In this document: positions 15,939-21,848 of the stretch, in pieces | Layout of the letters: each line of letters begins with the position of its first letter | Position numbering within the stretch: position 1 is the stretch's first letter | Assembly (NCBI RefSeq): GCF_000196355.1 | Contig: NC_007614.1 | Coordinates: 1,920,001 to 1,952,000 of the forward strand | Length of the DNA: 32,000 nt | Reading direction: 5' to 3' | From: Nitrosospira multiformis ATCC 25196 | Lineage (GTDB): Bacteria; Pseudomonadota; Gammaproteobacteria; Burkholderiales; Nitrosomonadaceae | The notes under the pieces: model-generated | What the model was told of the DNA's origin: nothing | Database searches by the model: none | What the model saw: the letters and a program-made list of their open reading frames with translations, nothing else | Made by a program: the position numbers and the translations under genes

Positions 15939-15985
15939 CGTCCAATATTAAATTCCCGTAAAAGGAAAACGTTTAATATTGGACG
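15939..15985. repeat. Perfect 14-bp inverted repeat (long hairpin or palindromic binding site)
   Basis: CGTCCAATATTAAA (15939-15952), an 19-nt spacer, then TTTAATATTGGACG (15972-15985). It sits in non-coding DNA. Confidence 0.7.
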
Positions 15986-16003
15986 ATCCATTTAATGAAG
16001 TAT

Positions 16004-16033
16004 CAGTTTACGCGGTGGCCTGCGCGTAAACTG
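16004..16033 (-). terminator. 11-bp GC-containing hairpin downstream of the small lipoprotein ORF (possible terminator)
   Basis: CAGTTTACGCG (16004-16014), an 8-nt loop, then CGCGTAAACTG (16023-16033). It lies 24 nt after the ORF stop. The flanks are A/T-rich, but there is no clean U-tract on the minus strand. A T5 run follows on the plus strand. Confidence 0.35.
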
Positions 16034-16056
16034 CGCTGTGAATTTTTCTGAATTGA

Positions 16057-16194
16057 TCAATAATTTCCGTCAGAATTTTTCTCTGGCACGACAATAATTT
16101 TTTCCTTCTCTTTTTCTGCAGGACGCTCTACGGATATACAACCCGCGATTTGAGCGAGCAATAACGTCACCATAAACAGTTTTAGTATTTTCAT
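16057..16194 (-). CDS. Small lipoprotein, 45 aa (below the ORF-track size cut-off)
   Basis: Hand translation gives MKILKLFMVTLLLAQIAGCISVERPAEKEKEKIIVVPEKNSDGNY, then stop. It has a signal peptide with the lipobox IAG-C. AAGGA lies 8 nt upstream of the ATG at 16194, and a hairpin follows downstream. Confidence 0.5.
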   Translation of the reverse strand: MKILKLFMVTLLLAQIAGCISVERPAEKEKEKIIVVPEKNSDGNY

Positions 16195-16363
16195 AGGAAT
16201 GATCCTTTTGTAACTCGGCATGAAGTAAATGGGCCTAATTATTACAATATGCTAGAGCTGTAATCAAAACCGTTCGTTAGCACACATTATTGGCGAGCAA
16301 GTTTTCTTTGTATCCGAATGATGAGAGGTCAGCGGAAGAATATATCTACCGGGAAGATTTCTC

Positions 16364-16590
16364 TTGACATTTAGAATAATCCACAATTCTGCCCGAGTTC
16401 AGAGCCGAAAATTACCGTGCTGTTCGCAAGTTGCAGCAAAGCTTGACTTTATTTTAATTTATTGATAGTAAAGCCTTTTTAGAAATGTTCAAAAAATAGC
16501 CAGATAAGAAAAAGCTGTTACAGGAGGGCGACTTACTCTTCCTTTCATCAGCTTATCAACAAACTTATCCACAGCAATTGTGGAAAATAA
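16364..16590 (+). repeat. DnaA-box / AT-rich module, copy A
   Basis: Elements in order: TTGACA, TAATCCACA (16377-16385), an A/T-rich stretch, then the core CTTATCAACAAACTTATCCACAGCAATTGTGGAAAATAA. The core contains TTATCAACA (16553-16561), the perfect box TTATCCACA (16565-16573) and an opposed TTTTCCACA on the bottom strand (16579-16587). Confidence 0.7.
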
Positions 16591-16777
16591 AACGTCTGAT
16601 ATAACAGTGTCAGGAAATGCAAAAGGTGCTGCATACGAAGGATTCAGGCGAACACTTACGCCTCAGGAATCCTTGTCACTTTCCCTTGCTTCATCATCTA
16701 AGATTCCTGATCGAAAGACACTTCTTGAAGCCTCGTCAAGGGGTCAAACAGTATTAAACTTAAACGTCTGTCTGTTT

Positions 16778-16996
16778 CTACCGTACGGGCGTTTCATACT
16801 CCTCTTGCCGCAATGCCGCTTCCACGACTTCCTTGGCCTCCTCGATGTTCTTTACGTGTGACAGATCAATTCCCGGATTGGGATAGCTATGCCAGAAAGA
16901 AAACCCTGCGGTCGTGCTCCATAATAATCCCCTTACATGCTGTTCTACGAATACCTCCTGATGATGCTCGTCAACTATCTTCCATTCAATATCCAT
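16778..16996 (-). CDS. Hypothetical small acidic protein (72 aa)
   Basis: The ORF has GAGGAG 7 nt upstream of the ATG. I recognise no motif. The overlapping plus-strand ORF 16580..16861 has no RBS and starts inside the DnaA-box core. Confidence 0.5.
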   Translation of the reverse strand: MDIEWKIVDEHHQEVFVEQHVRGLLWSTTAGFSFWHSYPNPGIDLSHVKNIEEAKEVVEAALRQEEYETPVR

Positions 16997-17320
16997 CGTT
17001 AAGACTCCTCAGCGTCTGGAAATGTTAATATACCCCAATCAAACTCAGACTGTAGCAGTTATACTTTCATACTAATACCAATTGCTTCATTCTGCACTTG
17101 TTCTGAGTCAGTCAGCACTAATTAAGTGGATATCTGCAAGCGCTGGTTAGGCGGCAAAGCCAGAAATACTACGAGCTATGTTCGTCCCCCCAATCTCCCC
17201 CCTGTTTCATAATCCGTTGATCTATCGAGTAATGTTCAGCAGCATGCACTTCGGCAAGAAGGAGGCTTTTATGTCGATTTATATATCCTATCCTGCTCAA
17301 TCGTCAGCAAGGAAAAAACA

Positions 17321-18556
17321 ATGACTCAAGATGTAAGGAAAAATAGGTTACTGGTACTGGCAGTAGTCGTTATATCTATTCTTGTCAGTTCCGCCGCGCG
17401 AGCCGACGCAGTGACGCACTGGAACCGGGTGGCAGGGGATATTATCGTGGACTCGGGATTGGGCCCGCTCCCGGCAGATCGTGCTCTCGCAATCGTGCAG
17501 ACTGCGGTATATGAGGCAACAAACGCGATTACCCAGCAATATCCGGCCAGCGATCTCAAGCTGAAAGGTAAGCCGGAAGCCTCGGTTGAGGCCGCCATTG
17601 CAGCGGCAAATCGCGCTACGCTTACAGCCCTGGTACCGGTGCAACGGACAGCTATCGATACTGCCTATCGCCAAGCGCTTGCCGCCATCCCGGATGACAT
17701 CGCAAGAAGCGATGGCCTTGCGATTGGCGAAAAAGCCGCAGCGGGAATTCTGTCGCAGCGGGCACAAGACGGTGCCGATGCAGGAGAATCATACCGTCCG
17801 CACACCTCTCCCGGACTCTATGTGCCTACTGTAATACCGGAAGCGCCGCACTGGTTGCAAATCAGGCCTTGGCTTATGGATAACCCGGCCCAATTTCGTC
17901 CCGGCCCTCCTCCCCAACTGGAAAGCGAGCTATGGGCACGCGACTACAATGAAGTCAAGGCGCTGGGCGGGAAGCACAGCCAGCGCACCGCTGCTCAGAC
18001 CGAAATTGCCCGCTTTTGGGAAGAAGTAATGCCTCCGATCTACCATGGAGTAATACGCTCGGTTGCCGAAGCCCCCGGAAGGGAGATCACTCGGAATGCG
18101 CGTCTCTTTGCGGCGGCAACCCAGGCTTCCACCGACGCGCTTATAGCGGTATTTGACGCCAAGTATCATTACGGCTTCTGGCGCCCGGTCACTGCCATTC
18201 GCAATGGCGATGTTGATGGAAACAATGCGACAGAACGGGATCCTTCATGGCTTCCCTTTATCGACACCCCCATGCATCCTGAATACCCCTGCGCCCACTG
18301 CATCGTAGCAGGCGCGGTAGGAACAGTACTGAAAGCTGAGATTGGGGCAGATCCCATACCGCCCCTGGCTACTACCAGCCGGGCCGCGGGCGGCGTGATG
18401 CGCAGTTGGAAGAATATCGATGAGATCATCCAGGAAGTGGCCAATGCGCGCATATATGATGGAGTACACTACCGCAACTCCGGTGAGGTAGGCACCGCCA
18501 TGGGCAGACGAATTGCCGAGCTGGCAGTTATGAAATATTTCCGCACTGACCAGTAA
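17321..18556 (+). CDS. Secreted vanadium-haloperoxidase / PAP2 acid-phosphatase superfamily protein
   Basis: Signal peptide LLVLAVVVISILVSSAARADA. The three PAP2/VHPO motifs are readable: KYHYGFWRP (Kx6RP), HPEYPCAH (the PSGH position) and ARIYDGVHYRNS (the [S]Rx5Hx3D position). Confidence 0.8.
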   Translation: MTQDVRKNRLLVLAVVVISILVSSAARADAVTHWNRVAGDIIVDSGLGPLPADRALAIVQTAVYEATNAITQQYPASDLKLKGKPEASVEAAIAAANRATLTALVPVQRTAIDTAYRQALAAIPDDIARSDGLAIGEKAAAGILSQRAQDGADAGESYRPHTSPGLYVPTVIPEAPHWLQIRPWLMDNPAQFRPGPPPQLESELWARDYNEVKALGGKHSQRTAAQTEIARFWEEVMPPIYHGVIRSVAEAPGREITRNARLFAAATQASTDALIAVFDAKYHYGFWRPVTAIRNGDVDGNNATERDPSWLPFIDTPMHPEYPCAHCIVAGAVGTVLKAEIGADPIPPLATTSRAAGGVMRSWKNIDEIIQEVANARIYDGVHYRNSGEVGTAMGRRIAELAVMKYFRTDQ

Positions 18557-18583
18557 GCTTTTAGTGTTCTCAGAAACTTTCTC

Positions 18584-18610
18584 TGAGCCCCGGCTTGCGC
18601 ACGGGGCTCA
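18584..18610 (+). terminator. Hairpin 28 nt after the haloperoxidase-like gene (weak terminator candidate)
   Basis: TGAGCCCCG (18584-18592), a 9-nt loop, then CGGGGCTCA (18602-18610). No T-tract follows. Confidence 0.3.
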
Positions 18611-18698
18611 TGATCCCCCTGCGGTTTGGTGCGGCGCTTTTCCGCATTCAAGATGGTATCAGCCGCAGTAAATGAGGCAGCCAGGGCTCAAAATGGAC

Positions 18699-18925
18699 TT
18701 GACAAATGGAATTAATCCACAGCGTCATAAAAGTCCCATATCTTCGAAAAATCTCTTTTGCAAAACTTCCTGGATATAAGGCTTATTTATAAACTCCTGA
18801 AAATAAATATTTTTTTTGAAGACAAAAAACAGGCTGAATACAAAAATCCGTTATGGAAACGTCACTTATCAAGTGTGCCCATACCTTATCAACAAAGTTA
18901 TCCACAGTTATTGTGGAAAACAAGA
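18699..18925 (+). repeat. DnaA-box / AT-rich module, copy B
   Basis: Elements in order: TTGACA, TAATCCACA (18713-18721), an A/T-rich stretch, then the core CTTATCAACAAAGTTATCCACAGTTATTGTGGAAAACAA. The core contains TTATCAACA (18886-18894), TTATCCACA (18898-18906) and a bottom-strand TTTTCCACA (18912-18920). The core matches copy A at 35 of 39 positions. Spacing from the upstream box to the perfect box is 185 bp here and 188 bp in copy A. Confidence 0.7.
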
Positions 18926-19444
18926 TCCTTGACAGGTATGAATGAAATAGGACATGGACTCCGCAAGAAGCGACGGAATGAACCTATCTGGGAACAAAAG
19001 CGTCCGCAATGATGCCTAAAACCTTTATGGCGATGTTTGCCGCTTGTTTGAGTTTAAGCGTATAGCGGATTGTTCTAACGGACTTTGGGAGGTCGAACGT
19101 GAAACAGCATGTCACTTCGCACAAATACATCCTTTTTTCTGATTTGCTCGATAAAGGGGCCGAAATCTTTACCAAGAAAAAACTCGAACACTCTCGATCG
19201 AAGGCCGACACACCTGATAACGTGGGAAAAAATTCGCCACCTCCAAAGTCTGCCAACAGATTGAAATCTTTCCGGGAAGGAAAAGAAAAAATTTAGCAAT
19301 TCAAAAACTCAGGAATGCGGCGGCAGCACCTGTTGCCGCAGTTGTTCCCCATATAGCAGCAATAGCAGTGCATCCTGGACTGTCACCGAACAGTGAGTCT
19401 CAGAAATTCCCGTCCCGAAACTTCAAAGATTAAAGCAGCAGATC

Positions 19445-20881
19445 TTATGTTACGCGAACATTCTTGAATTGCCAGGGATCCTCCCTGTCGACATCCTCGT
19501 CAAATAACCATCCTCGATCCTGCAACGGAGTCCAGTCCGAATAGATCCCCACAAGCTCTCCCAGATAGGGCTTGGCTACCTCCAGGACAAGCTCGTGGTC
19601 GATTGCTTCAGGTTCCACTACACCCGATCTCGGATTCTGCAGAGCCCATATCATTCCGGCAAGAATGCCAGCTACGACCTGCAAGCTGGTAGCACTATTG
19701 AATCGGGCAAGCCGGCGTGCTTCCCCTATGGATAACCGGGATCCATACCAGTAAGCGCATTTTGCGTGGCCCATGAGCAGCACGCCAAGCTCGTCCGTCC
19801 CCTCCACCAGTTCATCCCGAAGAATGCGTTTTTTCGCCTGTATCTGCCAATTTCTGCCCGCAAGCTCGTGAACTGAAAGTACAGCATCGTCACAGGGAAG
19901 ATAAGCGTAATGCACCGTTGGACGGTAAATCACCTCTCCCTTTTCTCTCAATGTCAGATGGTCGGCTATGGAGATGGATTCGTTATGGGTTATCAGAAAA
20001 CCGTGATACGGTCCGCCGAGGGGTGTCCAACTGCGCGCGCGGGTAGAAGCGCCGGGGCGGTTGAGATAGATGGCGGCATCGCATCCGAATCCATGATGCG
20101 CTCCATCCACCGGCCAATGGCGTTCATGAGTCCCCCATCCCAGTTCCGATGGCTGAAGACCTTCACCGACAAAACCATCCACCGACCAGGTGTTGACAAA
20201 CTCATTGGGCTGTTTGCGTTGAGAAGCAGCCTGGGTATCACGCTCTGCAATATGAATTGCTTTTATATTGAGCTGATACGCAAGTTGTGCCCATTCGCAG
20301 GAGTTTGTGGGTTTTTTCACTGCCATGCCGGTGTCCGCAGCAATGTTCAGTAATGCCTGTTTCGCAAATGTCGAGGCAAGACCCGGATTCGCGCCGTGCG
20401 ACAGAAGCGCGGTGGGGCCTTCCTGCTTTTCCCGCGCAAAAGCGAGTGCTTGCTCACGCAGCGCATAATTGGAACGCAAGGACGGGGAAACGGATCGGTC
20501 AACATATCCACCGGCCCAGGGTTCAATGCAAGTGTCCAGGTACAATGCGCCTCGCCGCCAGCACAATTCCATTAGAGCAAGGCTGGAAACGTCTACGGCG
20601 AGATTAAGCAGGAAATCTCCCTCATCGAGCCAAGGCTCCAGCACAGCGAGATAATTTTCCTCGGTCAGCGAATGGGGTGTGAATGAGACGCTAAATTTGC
20701 TAGCGATTTCACTGCCATGTTCATCAGCTGTGATTATCCTCACCTGATCGGAACGAATCTCGATATTCTGAAACAATAACGAAAGCAAAGCCTGGCCTAC
20801 GCTGCCAAAACCCACTATTATCAAATTCCCCTGCAGATGCGCGTGTTTGGTGTTTGCCTGCTTGTGCGCTTTCATTTCCAT
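19445..20881 (-). CDS. hss: Homospermidine synthase
   Basis: Strong similarity, by memory, to bacterial HSS along the whole length: IIVGFGSVGQ, HIAERDTQ, VNTWSVDGFVGEGLQPSELGWGTHERHWP, GFLITHNESISIADHLT, YWYGSRLSI and DPWQFKNV. The start is set at the ATG at 20881 (MEMKAHK), downstream of GAGGAGGAGG. The ATG at 20875 and the ORF-track start at 20905 are alternatives. Confidence 0.9.
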   Translation of the reverse strand: MEMKAHKQANTKHAHLQGNLIIVGFGSVGQALLSLLFQNIEIRSDQVRIITADEHGSEIASKFSVSFTPHSLTEENYLAVLEPWLDEGDFLLNLAVDVSSLALMELCWRRGALYLDTCIEPWAGGYVDRSVSPSLRSNYALREQALAFAREKQEGPTALLSHGANPGLASTFAKQALLNIAADTGMAVKKPTNSCEWAQLAYQLNIKAIHIAERDTQAASQRKQPNEFVNTWSVDGFVGEGLQPSELGWGTHERHWPVDGAHHGFGCDAAIYLNRPGASTRARSWTPLGGPYHGFLITHNESISIADHLTLREKGEVIYRPTVHYAYLPCDDAVLSVHELAGRNWQIQAKKRILRDELVEGTDELGVLLMGHAKCAYWYGSRLSIGEARRLARFNSATSLQVVAGILAGMIWALQNPRSGVVEPEAIDHELVLEVAKPYLGELVGIYSDWTPLQDRGWLFDEDVDREDPWQFKNVRVT

Positions 20882-20888
20882 ATCGAAA

Positions 20889-21062
20889 TTAATCCTCCTC
20901 CTCATTTCTGGTCACTGCCATCACTGCCTTTTTCAATCGCCCATCAGTTTCCACCCGTAATTTCCCAATTTCGATCCACACATCATCCACATTGATACCC
21001 CCGATATTTATGGCAGGCAGAATCCTTGAGATTGTGGCTTCCTGCCCGTGCTCACGCTCCAT
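20889..21062 (-). CDS. Hypothetical 57-aa ORF immediately upstream of hss (below the ORF-track cut-off)
   Basis: Hand translation gives MEREHGQEATISRILPAINIGGINVDDVWIEIGKLRVETDGRLKKAVMAVTRNEEED, then stop. The TAA lies 7 nt before the hss ATG, and its last codons form the hss Shine-Dalgarno sequence. Its own RBS is weak. Confidence 0.3.
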   Translation of the reverse strand: MEREHGQEATISRILPAINIGGINVDDVWIEIGKLRVETDGRLKKAVMAVTRNEEED

Positions 21063-21387
21063 TTTTAGCTGCCGCCAGGCCAGGATTGAAACGCTCCCCT
21101 GGCAAATACTCCTCCTGCCGGTCTTTCCGGCATGGATTTTCCTCGCGCAGGAACCGGTGGATTCAAACAGTGGTCAAATTATTATTATTTTAATATACCC
21201 TTCAAATTGCATGCGACCTTGCCGGACGGGCGTGACCGTCATCGTATCAAGGTAACCGGTAACGGGAGTCAAAAGGAAGAAAAACGGGTGGGTTCGTGCA
21301 AGAGTGTTACGGTGGTCTCATTTTTATTATTATGAATGCAGTAGCTTTTGAACTGATTCACCTTATTGAGGCTTAAGGAAAAGCGCC

Positions 21388-21750
21388 ATGACGAATTCTA
21401 ATTGTATCCTGCCACGACATGAAAATCACACCCATCCCCATGGCCCGGAATGCGGCCACACCGGTGTCGCGCACGATGACCATGTCTGCTATCTTCACGA
21501 TGGCCATCTGCATTACCCGCACGGCAACCATATCGATGAGCATGTCATAGACGTCAGTGAAATCAATCCGCAGAACTGTACTCCGGGACATGAATGCGAA
21601 GGTCACGCGCAAGGTCATGTACATGGTCCCGAGTGCGGGCACGAAGCCGTGCCTCATGGAGACCATATGGACTATCTGGTCGGAGGCCATCTTCACCACC
21701 CCCATGATGACCATTGCGATGATCATGGTCCGGTGAAGACAGTGGGGTGA
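21388..21750 (+). CDS. Histidine/cysteine-rich small protein with an internal tandem duplication (putative metal-binding)
   Basis: 120 aa with 26 His and 7 Cys. AAGGA lies 8 nt upstream. The two 37-aa repeats are HPHGPECGHTGVAHDDHVCYLHDGHLHYPHGNHIDEH and HVHGPECGHEAVPHGDHMDYLVGGHLHHPHDDHCDDH, identical at 23 of 37 positions. The antisense 136-aa Met-rich ORF is the CAT/ATG mirror image. Confidence 0.65.
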   Translation: MTNSNCILPRHENHTHPHGPECGHTGVAHDDHVCYLHDGHLHYPHGNHIDEHVIDVSEINPQNCTPGHECEGHAQGHVHGPECGHEAVPHGDHMDYLVGGHLHHPHDDHCDDHGPVKTVG

Positions 21751-21848
21751 TCCTATCTCCAGGCACTCCTTGAATTTGCCCAAGCCGAAAAAGGGTAACC
21801 GGTTTAGAGGAAGGGTAGCCTAATTATTGCTTGGATAAGGTATTCTGC

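Noticed and set aside
16580-16861. A 93-aa plus-strand ORF starting inside DnaA-box module A.
   Set aside because: It has a GTG start within the TTGTGGAAAA box, no RBS and a low-complexity product. It overlaps the better-supported 72-aa minus-strand ORF.
21373-21783. A 136-aa Met-rich ORF antisense to the His-rich protein gene.
   Set aside because: CAT (His) codons read as ATG on the other strand, so the Met-rich frame is a mirror artefact. Only the plus-strand frame has a well-placed Shine-Dalgarno sequence and an ordered internal repeat.
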